Position numbers and translations under genes: made by a program
The notes under the pieces: generated by a model
The model's input: only the letters and a program-made list of their open reading frames with translations
What the model was told of the DNA's origin: nothing
Databases searched by the model: none
In this document: positions 19,446-29,500 of the stretch, in pieces
Layout of the letters: every line of letters begins with the position of its first letter
Numbering within the stretch: the stretch's first letter is position 1
Assembly: GCA_014879635.1 (NCBI GenBank)
Contig: JACSRR010000106.1
Span: 1-46,027, forward strand
Length of the DNA stretch: 46,027 nucleotides
Direction of reading: 5' to 3'
Source: Ignavibacteriaceae bacterium
GTDB taxonomy: Bacteria; Bacteroidota; Ignavibacteria; Ignavibacteriales; Ignavibacteriaceae

Positions 19446-20426
19446 GTGGATACTACGGGAAATTATCAAAACTTTTTACACCGGCTTATGAAACAGATTA
19501 TCGAAGGGCGTGAAATCCCTAAGGTTCAAGTTGAAAGAATGTTAAGCCCTATTCTCGGAATATTTGTTGAAGAATTTTTAACAAAATATTTTGAAAGCAC
19601 TGATTTTGCGGGAGAAATTAAATTATTAGCTTACGAATTTCCTCTAAAAAAAGAATTTAATGACCAATCAACAAATTTAGATTTTCTCTTATTTAACCTC
19701 TCAAAAAACACTCTTATCTTCCTTGAAGTTAAAACCGATGTTTCTTCGGATAACAGAGCCCAACTCGAAAACTATATCTATTTTAAAGAGTGTATAACCT
19801 CTAACAGCGGCACATTTCTTTTTACCGATTTAACAAAAATTGCTAAAAAAAGTAGTAAAGGGAATAAATACCAAAAGGTTCTTTCACGAATTGAAGAATA
19901 TAAGAGAGAATTAAGTCACTGCTTTGATGTAAAGGTGGTGTACTTGGTGCCGGCGGCTCTTGCTGCTAGAATTAAGGAGAATAAGGCAATTGACTTTGTA
20001 CTGAGTTTTAGAGACTTACCGGAAACGATTAATTCAGAATATAATGAAGAGTGGCAAATAATTCAAGAATATTTACAACTTTTGGATGTTCCGGAAGAGA
20101 ATTATGTTGATGATAATTTTGTAACCGAAAATATCTCATTTGGAGAAAAAATTAGAATTGTACCTTTTTTCAAAGCATCAAAGTTAACGGGCCTAGCAAA
20201 AATCAGGCAACAAATAGAAAATTATATTAGCAATAAACCGGCACTTGTTCCTAATTATGTTAGATTAGGAGCAAAAGGTGACGGATTAAACCCGAACTAT
20301 CAAGTTTATTTCACAAACGGAAAGGTAATTCCTTTTAGAAATAGCGGGAAGCTTTATGAATTGACAAGTGCATTCAAAGAAGTAAATTTGCAACCCGGAA
20401 TTGCTTGGGAAAAGTTTGGTGTTTAA
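19446..20426 (+). CDS. Hypothetical protein with PD-(D/E)XK (restriction-endonuclease-like) nuclease motif and an uncharacterised C-terminal two-thirds
   Basis: E64 (AYEFPL), D79 (NLDFLLF) and E94-V-K96 (LIFLEVKTD) show canonical order and spacing. GTG start with agagg SD-like box upstream. I recognise nothing in the remaining ~230 aa. Confidence 0.5.
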   Translation: MDTTGNYQNFLHRLMKQIIEGREIPKVQVERMLSPILGIFVEEFLTKYFESTDFAGEIKLLAYEFPLKKEFNDQSTNLDFLLFNLSKNTLIFLEVKTDVSSDNRAQLENYIYFKECITSNSGTFLFTDLTKIAKKSSKGNKYQKVLSRIEEYKRELSHCFDVKVVYLVPAALAARIKENKAIDFVLSFRDLPETINSEYNEEWQIIQEYLQLLDVPEENYVDDNFVTENISFGEKIRIVPFFKASKLTGLAKIRQQIENYISNKPALVPNYVRLGAKGDGLNPNYQVYFTNGKVIPFRNSGKLYELTSAFKEVNLQPGIAWEKFGV

Positions 20427-20489
20427 AGTACAACAAAAACAATATTATTTGGGAAAAATTTATTAGCTGAAGTAAAATATGGGGCAAAA

Positions 20490-21080
20490 ATGAAAATTTT
20501 AAAAGGAGAATTTATAAACGGTTCTGCCGTGGTATATAAGAAGAAAAACGGTAGATTAGTTCAAGGACTGCAATATAGGGATGGTTCGTTTAAGTGGTTT
20601 AATTACAAATGGATCCATCATTATTTTGATGATAGAGCCCGGGTTATCTCTGATAACGGAATAGGTTATATTGATAGAATTGGGGAAGAATGTATTAAGG
20701 CAGTCTTTGATTCTGCGAGCGATTTTTCGGAGAGGCGTGCATTGGTATGTAAAGATGAAACAACATCGCTTATTAATATTGACGGAGTTGTTTTAAAAGA
20801 GTGGAACGGGATTTTTGAAGCAAGTCAGTTTGTTAACGGTATTGCTGCTATAAGAAAGATTTCTAAAGAAAATAATAATCCTGAAGTTTTAGTAATTGAC
20901 AGGGAGGGTAATATAGTTGAAACACCCAAAAAAATCTTCTCAAAAAAGAATACCAAAGATTTATTACACGATGTACAATTAGAAAGCTGGCATGAGGGAA
21001 TTATTAGGTTTTACGATGATGGTTTTCTTTGTGTTCTAGATTATTCAGGGCATCAACTCAAATCTGATTTTAAGGATTAG
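20490..21080 (+). CDS. WG-repeat (KWG-type) containing protein, no signal peptide
   Basis: Repeated pattern ...FDDRARVISDNGIGYIDRIGEECIKAVFDSASDFSERRALV... and ...FVNGIAAIRK...VLVIDREGNIV... matches the WG-containing repeat architecture. The N-terminus is not hydrophobic. Confidence 0.65.
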   Translation: MKILKGEFINGSAVVYKKKNGRLVQGLQYRDGSFKWFNYKWIHHYFDDRARVISDNGIGYIDRIGEECIKAVFDSASDFSERRALVCKDETTSLINIDGVVLKEWNGIFEASQFVNGIAAIRKISKENNNPEVLVIDREGNIVETPKKIFSKKNTKDLLHDVQLESWHEGIIRFYDDGFLCVLDYSGHQLKSDFKD

Positions 21081-21244
21081 GACAAATAACACAAACTAAT
21101 ACCCGATTGAATATTTAGGAAGCTTTTCCCGCTTATTGGTAAATTTTTGAAATATTCTTAAAATAAAAAAGTATTAAGGGAAATAAACTATTGATGGGTT
21201 TAATAAAGTGCTTATATTAAGGTAAAAATTAAATAAGTTCATTA

Positions 21245-21838
21245 ATGAAAAATAGTGCCCTACTTATAATAATCCTTTCTTTGTGGTCATCTCTATATTC
21301 TCAGGAATTAAATCAAAACATTTTAATAAAAATTGGCGTTACCGAATATGGTTCACCTTCGGGGTTTGTGGTATCGGGTGGTAGTAACGCCGGAAGATGG
21401 AAAACAGGCATTGCTCTTGGAACGGGATTCGAAAAAGAGCTAGAGGAAAGTTTTTATTTGCAAATTTTGTTTGAGGCATCCTTTAATAAATATGATGTTG
21501 ATCAATCAATTTATGATAATTTAGAGCCGGGTAATAATAGTGTTTACGAAGCATTTTTAAATGTTAAGAAAGAATTTGGGTTTTTCTTTATAATTGGAGG
21601 TGTAGGTATTTCTGCTCAAAAAAGTACTCCGACCTATAGTAAGCGGCAAATTGCCGGTGAAGCAATTAAATATCTTGTTCATGAAGGAGATAGTAAAACG
21701 GGAGTGTCAGGGTTTCTGGGAACGGGAGCCAGATTGCCGGTGAGTGAGAAATTCAGCTTGCTTTTAGAAGTGAGTTTGAGGATGAGGAAATATCTTTCAT
21801 CAACAGCACAACTGGGTTTAGTATATAACCTAAAATGA
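21245..21838 (+). CDS. Putative outer-membrane beta-barrel protein
   Basis: Signal peptide (LWSSLYSQE) and Gly/aromatic-rich alternating strands. No specific family recognised. Confidence 0.4.
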   Translation: MKNSALLIIILSLWSSLYSQELNQNILIKIGVTEYGSPSGFVVSGGSNAGRWKTGIALGTGFEKELEESFYLQILFEASFNKYDVDQSIYDNLEPGNNSVYEAFLNVKKEFGFFFIIGGVGISAQKSTPTYSKRQIAGEAIKYLVHEGDSKTGVSGFLGTGARLPVSEKFSLLLEVSLRMRKYLSSTAQLGLVYNLK

Positions 21839-21908
21839 ATTGGCAAAAATTTTAGTGATTATATTTTTAGTATAACTTATCCCTCCATTTTAATTACCTT
21901 TGTAACCG

Positions 21909-23132
21909 ATGAGTTTAACTTTTTTCCTACTAAAAAAATACTCCGGAAGTGATAAAAACTTCTCCGGATTCAAAGTATTTTCCGGTATTTCGATACTTGG
22001 AATAACATTTGGCGTTGCTACTCTTATAATTGCATTAAGCATATTAAACGGCTACAAAAATGTAATTCGTGAGAAGCTAATTTCGTTTAACGCTCACCTC
22101 CAAATAACTGGCTTTTCTGAAAGAGACCTGCCCGACTACAAAAAAACTATTTCTGAAATTGAACAACTCTTACCGGGTATTATCGAAAACATTCAGCCTG
22201 TTGTGCAAAAAACTGCAATTGCCGGAAAAGGTAGAATGAAAGAGGGAGTCTCAATTAAAGGGGTTACAAAAGAGTATATTAAATCACTAGGATTACGAGG
22301 AGTAAATACATCTTCTTTATTTTATTATGAGGGTGAAACAATGTATATTATTCCGGGAGAGGGGGTTGCAAAAAAACTTTTAATTAAACCCGGGGATAAA
22401 ATTACAATTTTTGCCTCAAACACGCAGAATCTTTCAAAAGGAATTTTTGATGCCAATGTAGAGAGGTATCTTGCTTCGCCTCCTTTCCAGAGCGGAATGG
22501 GTAAAATTGATGAATCGGTAATATTTATGGATATTGACGAGGCTATTAAGTTATTCAAGACAGAGGGAATGGTTTCCGGATTAGAGATAAAACTTTCGAA
22601 CATAGAAAATCTTGACAGTTTGAGAAATCTCCTGCAAGACAACCTAAAATATCCTCATTATGTTAGTACATTTTACGATAACTACCGCTTTATTTTTACA
22701 TGGATTGAACTTCAAAGTAAACCTATACCTCTAATTTTAGGATTGATTATAATAGTAGCAACATTTAACATAATTTCAACGATGTTAATTCTTGTGTTAG
22801 AAAGAACTCAGGCAATAGGAACATTAAAGGCATTGGGTGTCAAAAACGGGTTAATAGCCAGGCTTTTTCTATTTAGAGGAGTAATGATTGGAGTTGCCGG
22901 AATTGCTTTCGGAAATATTCTCGCTTACTTGTTACTTTATTTACAACAGACTTACGAGCTTATAAAATTACCTTCTAATGTTTATTTTGTTTCATCTGTT
23001 CCGGTTGGAATGCAATTATCAGATTTTATTTTGGTAAGCGCTGTAAGTTTACCCGTTTGTATTATTATGTCGCTTTTGCCTGCTTATATAGCTTCACGAC
23101 TAAAACCGGTCAGTGTGATGAGGTTCGGATGA
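21909..23132 (+). CDS. Lipoprotein-releasing ABC transporter permease (LolC/LolE, FtsX-like)
   Basis: N-terminal TM, large periplasmic domain and C-terminal FtsX-type TM bundle (LILVLERTQAIGTLKALG). Adjacent to a paralog and to lolD. Confidence 0.85.
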   Translation: MSLTFFLLKKYSGSDKNFSGFKVFSGISILGITFGVATLIIALSILNGYKNVIREKLISFNAHLQITGFSERDLPDYKKTISEIEQLLPGIIENIQPVVQKTAIAGKGRMKEGVSIKGVTKEYIKSLGLRGVNTSSLFYYEGETMYIIPGEGVAKKLLIKPGDKITIFASNTQNLSKGIFDANVERYLASPPFQSGMGKIDESVIFMDIDEAIKLFKTEGMVSGLEIKLSNIENLDSLRNLLQDNLKYPHYVSTFYDNYRFIFTWIELQSKPIPLILGLIIIVATFNIISTMLILVLERTQAIGTLKALGVKNGLIARLFLFRGVMIGVAGIAFGNILAYLLLYLQQTYELIKLPSNVYFVSSVPVGMQLSDFILVSAVSLPVCIIMSLLPAYIASRLKPVSVMRFG

Positions 23133-24376
23133 TAAAACCGGATAGGGCAGTTCTTTTTATAGCAATGCGGTATATGTTTGCCAAACATAAACTAAATTTT
23201 ATTACGATAATATCTTATTTGTCTTTCACGGGGATTACAATAGGTGTTGCAGCTTTAATAATTGTGCTATCGGTTTTTAACGGTTTCGCAACTTTGGTTC
23301 AGAGTTTTTTGATAAGTTTTGAGCCACATATCAGAGTTGAGGCAGTTTCGGAAGAGGGGCTAAAATCAGTAGTGATACTAGATTCGCTTATGAAAGAGAT
23401 TCCCGGTGAAATTAAATACGCCCCTTATGTTGAAGGAAAAGTGCTGGCAGTTAATTCTACATTGAACAGAGTTGTTACTTTAAAGGGAATTGACGAAAGT
23501 GAAAGCAGTAATCTTTACGGTATTGAAGATGCAATTAGAATCGGGAAATATGACCTAAATCAGGGGGAAGATGGTACCATCAAAATGGTATTGGGCTTGT
23601 ATCTTGCCGATAGATTACAAATATCTAACGGAGATACAATAAATTTAGTTTCGCCTGACGGAATTGAAAAAGCTATTGCGGGAATGTCGCTGCCCGTAAT
23701 TTCAAGAGCTGTTGTTATGGGGATATATATATCGGGAAACAACGATTACGACGGAGATTTTGCTTTCACTTCATTAAGTTCGGTCTCAAATTTTTTGGGA
23801 TACAGGGGCAATTTCAGAGGCTATGATATCAGACTAAAGGATTATAACGAAGCCGGGAAAGTGAAAGAATTTTTATCTAAAAGACTAAACAAAGAAGATT
23901 ATTCGGTGAGCACATGGTACGATATACACAGCGATTTATATTCGGCAATGTTAATTGAGCGATGGGCTGCCTATATTTTGTTAAATCTAATAGTAATTAT
24001 TTCGGCATTTAATATATTGGCATCGTTATCAATGTCAGTTATAGAAAAGAGAAGAGATATCGGCGTATTAACAACAATGGGAATGGGTCGTGAAAAAATA
24101 CGGCTTATTTTTATAGTACAAGGGATATTAACAGGATTGTTCGGAACAATTGCGGGATTTGCATTAGGAATAATTGTATATGTACTTCAAATTTACTATA
24201 AAATTTATCCGTTAGACGGGGCAAAATTCAAAATTTCTTATTTACCGGTAGAACTTAGATTTTCAGATTTCATATTTGTAGGGGCTTTCTGCTTGTTAGT
24301 TTGTGCAATAGCCACAATTCTGCCCGCTAAAAAAGCTGCCTCAACAAATCCTCTTGAAGCAATTAGATGGGAGTGA
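23129..24376 (+). CDS. Lipoprotein-releasing ABC transporter permease (LolC/LolE paralog)
   Basis: ORF 23057..24376. The preferred start is ATG 23129 (MIKPDRAVLFIAMRYMFAK...), forming an ATGA overlap with the upstream stop. FtsX-type C-terminus (VIEKRRDIGVLTTMG). Confidence 0.85.
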   Translation: MIKPDRAVLFIAMRYMFAKHKLNFITIISYLSFTGITIGVAALIIVLSVFNGFATLVQSFLISFEPHIRVEAVSEEGLKSVVILDSLMKEIPGEIKYAPYVEGKVLAVNSTLNRVVTLKGIDESESSNLYGIEDAIRIGKYDLNQGEDGTIKMVLGLYLADRLQISNGDTINLVSPDGIEKAIAGMSLPVISRAVVMGIYISGNNDYDGDFAFTSLSSVSNFLGYRGNFRGYDIRLKDYNEAGKVKEFLSKRLNKEDYSVSTWYDIHSDLYSAMLIERWAAYILLNLIVIISAFNILASLSMSVIEKRRDIGVLTTMGMGREKIRLIFIVQGILTGLFGTIAGFALGIIVYVLQIYYKIYPLDGAKFKISYLPVELRFSDFIFVGAFCLLVCAIATILPAKKAASTNPLEAIRWE

Positions 24377-24379
24377 AAA

Positions 24380-25066
24380 ATGTTTGATACCATTTTAGAA
24401 ATAAAAGATATAAAAAAGCGGTATGAGATAGGGAAAAACAATTATCTCACAGTAATTAACGGAGCAAACTTAATTCTTGAACGAAACAAAATATCTGTAA
24501 TTGTTGGTGCTTCGGGTGCCGGCAAAAGTACTTTATTGCACATTGCAGGTGCTTTGGATAATCCTACATCAGGCGAAGTATTGTTCGAAAAGAAAAGTAT
24601 TTTTAGTTTATCGCAAAGTAAATTAGCAGAATTCAGAAGCAAGAGAATAGGGTTTATTTTTCAATTTCACCATTTACTGCCCGAATTTACGGCTCAAGAA
24701 AATGTAGCTATTCCGTTAATGATTGGAGGTGAAAGTAAAAAGAACGCTTTAAGAAAAGCTGAAGAACTTCTTGAAGTGGTAGGACTTTCCGAAAGGCTTA
24801 CGCACAAACCTTCGGCACTTTCTGGGGGTGAGCAACAAAGAACGGCAGTGGCAAGAGCAATGGCAAATAATCCCGATTTAATTCTTGCAGATGAGCCTAC
24901 AGGAAATCTCGATTCTAAAAATGCAGGGATTATCAACGAAATATTTATCAAGTTAAGAGATGAGTTTAATAAAACACTTCTTATAGTTACGCATAACAAT
25001 TCGCTGATGGAAATTGCAGATACACAATATCTTATGAAAGACGGTAAAATAGAAAAGATTACCTGA
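24380..25066 (+). CDS. lolD: Lipoprotein-releasing system ATP-binding protein LolD
   Basis: Walker A GASGAGKST, ABC signature LSGGEQQR and Walker B LILADEPTGNLD. Follows two LolC/E-type permeases. Confidence 0.9.
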   Translation: MFDTILEIKDIKKRYEIGKNNYLTVINGANLILERNKISVIVGASGAGKSTLLHIAGALDNPTSGEVLFEKKSIFSLSQSKLAEFRSKRIGFIFQFHHLLPEFTAQENVAIPLMIGGESKKNALRKAEELLEVVGLSERLTHKPSALSGGEQQRTAVARAMANNPDLILADEPTGNLDSKNAGIINEIFIKLRDEFNKTLLIVTHNNSLMEIADTQYLMKDGKIEKIT

Positions 25067-25117
25067 CAAATAAAAGTGGTAAGATAAACCTATTCATTTA
25101 CAACAGTTTATTACTTT

Positions 25118-26311
25118 CTATTCTCTTATCAAATACAGTTCCATTTGTGGGTTTGATAAGTATTCTATACCGTTTTCTCTAAGTACAACTTCTTCTTCAA
25201 TTGTTACAATACCGTGATTTTCTACATATAATCTGGGTTCGATTGTGAAGACTTGCCCGGCTTCTAAAGGAATATAAGGAAGTGTACCGTACCTTTCCCA
25301 ATTTGGGAATAATCCCGGACCCGCGTCATGAGCAACTCTTCCTATTTGATGACCTAATCCATGTTTATATTCTTCATAACCGTTTGAAGTGATATAATTT
25401 CGAGCGGCAGAGTCAACCTCAACACCCGTAATTCCGGGTTTCATAATTGAAGCGGCTTCCCTTATAGATTGATGAAGTACGGCATATCCTTTTTTCACAT
25501 CACCGGGTGCATCATTTTCATCATCTTTAAGAATATACCAAGTACGCTGAAGGTCTGAGCAATAACCGTTTAATTTTATTCCGAAATCTATATTAACCAA
25601 ATGCCCTTTTTCAATTACTCTGTTTGTTGGTCCGGCGTGTGCACCTGCTGAATTAGGACCTGTAAAAACAGCGGGGCACGATTCTTCATCCCAGGCATAA
25701 GAAAAACCTCTTTCCGAAACTTTACTTCTTATAAATTCTGCAACTTCAATCTCGGTTTTCCCGGGTTTCATAAAATTAGTTACTTCATCGAAAATCAGGA
25801 GAGTTTCTTTTACCGCTTTCTTCATAATCTCTAGCTCTTTCTCAGATTTTCTACTTCTGAGAGCAAGGATAATTTCTTCAGAAGAAATTAAAAGTTCCTT
25901 ATAAGGTGTACGGTCTAAATGGTCAAGCAGGTTAAGATACAAGCCATGAGGCATCCCATCAGCAAGCACACTGTTTTTCGAAACATTTATTGCAATACAT
26001 TGCGGATTAAGTTGATAAAGGTACTCTAAGAGCGGTTCTTTGATAGACTTTAGATAACCCGAAACATTTTTGTATAAACCGGTACCGGTAATTAACGGAA
26101 TTTCTAAAGAACCGATAATGGCTGTAGTTTCTCCTTCGGCAGGAATCATAAAAGCAGATTGCCAAGTAACATTTGTTCCTAAAATTATATCTAAAGCGGG
26201 GTCATGGATGTAAGAACTTTCTCTAACGAAAGTCATCCACAGGTCAATATTTTTCTCTTTTAAAATCTTTTGAGCTTGTTCTATTTTCTGAAGTGAAAGT
26301 TCCTTTTCCAT
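25118..26311 (-). CDS. M24-family Xaa-Pro aminopeptidase/dipeptidase
   Basis: Creatinase-like N-terminal domain plus a pita-bread C-terminal domain, with metal-ligand context NIDFG...CSDLQRT, HGLGHQIG, FTIEP and IEEEV. Confidence 0.88.
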   Translation of the reverse strand: MEKELSLQKIEQAQKILKEKNIDLWMTFVRESSYIHDPALDIILGTNVTWQSAFMIPAEGETTAIIGSLEIPLITGTGLYKNVSGYLKSIKEPLLEYLYQLNPQCIAINVSKNSVLADGMPHGLYLNLLDHLDRTPYKELLISSEEIILALRSRKSEKELEIMKKAVKETLLIFDEVTNFMKPGKTEIEVAEFIRSKVSERGFSYAWDEESCPAVFTGPNSAGAHAGPTNRVIEKGHLVNIDFGIKLNGYCSDLQRTWYILKDDENDAPGDVKKGYAVLHQSIREAASIMKPGITGVEVDSAARNYITSNGYEEYKHGLGHQIGRVAHDAGPGLFPNWERYGTLPYIPLEAGQVFTIEPRLYVENHGIVTIEEEVVLRENGIEYLSNPQMELYLIRE

Positions 26312-26535
26312 AATAATCTCTTTTAAGTGATAATGTAAAATAAGAAAAGCAGATTAGAATATCGAATTTACAATAAGATTTATTAGCATTTTGATTAAAA
26401 AAACAAATAATTTTGGCAGATTTTGAATTGTGTTCATTTAAAAATATTGAACTTTATTCTTAATTAGTAAGATTGCCTCAAATTTGCTTAATTTACTAAT
26501 TAGTTTCATAATCATTAGAATCCCGAAAGTTAAAT

Positions 26536-29500
26536 ATGCCCGACTTCATTCATTTACACAATCATTCACACTTTAGTCTTCAAGACGCTGCTTGCACAAT
26601 AAAATCAATTGTAAAAGCAGCTAAAAAATTTGATATGAAAGCCGTTGCTCTAACAGATCACGGTGTAATGTACGGTATCAGAGAGTTTTATTCAAAGTGC
26701 AAAGATGAAAGTGTAAAACCAATTTTGGGTATGGAAGCGTACATAACTTTAGAGGGCTCAAGGTTGGATAGGGGAGTTAAAATTGACGGTACGCAGCGTC
26801 AAAAACCCTACCGGCACATTATATTAATTGCAAAAAATAAACAAGGTTACAGCAATTTAACTAAACTTTCCTCAATCGGCTTTACTGAAGGCTACTATTA
26901 TAGACCAAGAATTGATTTGGAAACTTTGGAACAACACTCAGAAGGAATAATCTGTACTTCGGCTTGTTTAGGAGGGGTTGTAAATCCTTTTTTAATTAAC
27001 GGTGATTACAAAATTGCTAAAAAATGGGCACAATATTTTCAAGGGCTTTTTGGGGATGACTTTTATTTAGAAGTTCAGAACCACAATCTTGTTGAAGATA
27101 AAATTATAATGGAGCAGATTCCTAAATTAGCTGCCGAACTGGGAATTAAATTGGTCGGTACAAACGATTGTCATTATATTAACAAAGAAGATTCAATTCC
27201 GCACAATGTTTTATTGATGTTGGGCGATAAATCAGGCGCGGCTGATTACAAAAATTTACGATACAAGGTTTCCGAATTTCATTTCAAATCACAAGACGAG
27301 ATGTCAAAAATATTCGAAAAAATTCCGGAAGCTATTTCAAATACATTCGAGATTGCGGATAAATGCGATATCGACTTCGAAAAAAATGTTTACTATTTCC
27401 CGAAATTTCCGCTTCCCGAAACTTTTAACAGTAATAATTTAGACGATTATTTCGAATTTCTTTCGAGAAAAAGATTAATAGAAAAATTTGGTGAAGAGTG
27501 TTCTGATGAGATTAAAGAGCGATTTGAGTATGAATTAAAAACTATTAAAGATATGGGTTTTGCGGGTTACTTTTTGATTGTACAAGATTTTATTGAAGCT
27601 GCAGAAGCAATGGGGGTAAGAGTTGGTCCCGGAAGAGGATCTGCGGCAGGAAGTTTAATCGCATTTTTACTGGGTATAACCAAAATAAATCCGTTAGAAT
27701 ATGGGCTTTTATTTGAAAGATTTTTGAACCCTTCACGAAATACTATGCCCGATATTGATGTTGATTTTTCAGACGACGGAAGAGCTGCCGTTATAGACTA
27801 TGTGAAGCAGAAGTATGGAGAAAAAGCCGTTTGCCAAATTATAACTTTTAACAGACTTACAACAAAAGCTGTTATCAAAGATGTGGGGAGGGTGCTTGGT
27901 ATTCCTCTGAATATTGTTAATAATATCAACAAGCATATACCTTCGGTTTTTGGAAAAGTTTACAGTATAGAAAAGGCTTTGAGTGAAGTGCCTGAGCTAA
28001 AGTGGATAAACGATAGCAAAGATGAACAAATTACGAGCCTCGTTAAGTACGCTAAAACTCTTGAAGATATGAACAGAAATGCATCTAAACATGCGGCGGG
28101 TGTTGTAATTGCACCGGGAGATGTGTCAAACTATGTTCCTTTAGCTTCATTGAGCGCCACAGAAAATCAGATTGTTACACAATATTCTATGAAACAGCTT
28201 GAGGAAGCGGGCTTATTAAAGATGGACTTTTTAGGTCTCAGGACGCTCAGTATTATTGATGACACTTTGAAGTTTGTTAAGCAGAACAGACCTGAAAGCG
28301 AATGGGTTGAGGATATAGATAAAATTCCGTTAGACGATGAAAAAACATACAAATTATTCGGGAACGGGCAAACCACCGGTATTTTTCAGTTTGAATCGCC
28401 CGCAATGAGAAAATATTTGAAGAAACTGAAGCCAAAATCGGTTTCTGAACTTGCCGCAATGAATGCTCTTTACAGACCCGGACCAATGGATTTTATTGAT
28501 GATTTTATCGATAGAAAATTCGGAAGGGCTGAAATTACTTATCTTCACCCCGAGCTTGAACCTATCTTAAAAGAAACTTACGGTATTATTGTTTATCAAG
28601 AACAGGTTATAAAAATAGCTAATCAACTTGCCGGTATGAGTTTAGCAGAAGCTGACAATTTACGCAGGGCTATGGGCAAGAAAGATACTCTTACTATGGA
28701 AAAATCAAAAATTAGCTTTGTTGATAAATCTGGGAAGAGAGGCATTTCAGAGAAAGTGGCAACCGAAATCTTTGAGATGATTCTAAAGTTTGCAAATTAC
28801 GGGTTTAATAAAAGTCATGCTGTTGCATACTCGTACCTTGCATATCAAACGGCATTCTTAAAAGCTAATTTTTTGGAAGAGTTTTTAGCTTCTAACATGA
28901 CACACGAGTTTCAAAATCAGGTTAAAGTAGCATTGTTTTTGGAAGATTGCAGAAAATCGGGAGTTTTAGTACTTCCGCCGGATGTAAACAACCCTTCAGT
29001 GTTTTTCAGTGTCGAAAAAAAACGAATTAGATTTGGTTTATCGGCAATTAAAAATGTTGGAATTTCTGCGGTAAATAAAATTATCGAAGTTAAAAACAAA
29101 TTAGATAGAAATTTCAAAAGCATTTTTGATTTCGCATCCGAAGTTGATCTTAAAATAGTAAACAAACGAACTTTTGAGGGTTTGATACTTTCCGGTGCAT
29201 TCGACTCACTTCATCCAAACAGGAAATCTTTATTTGAATCTGTTCAAGAAATTATTAGTTACGGTCACACTATTCACGAATTAAGAATGGATGCATCTGA
29301 TAGCTTGTTCGGCAATATTGACCCCACTGAAAGTGTTATGCTACCCGAGCTTAAAATGGTTGAAGATTGGACAATCGAAGAAAAGCTCTCTAAGGAAAGG
29401 GAGGTTACCGGTTTTTATATTACTGATCATCCGATGAGAAAGTACAGACTTGAAGAAAGGTCATTTACAAATATTGATTTAACCGAGCCCGAAAAAATTA

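Noticed and set aside
26459-26503. 10-bp inverted repeat taattagtaa ... ttactaatta, separated by 22 bp, upstream of dnaE.
   Set aside because: It is made entirely of A/T-rich bases in an AT-rich leader, is short, and has no extension. It is likely chance and is not reported as a feature.
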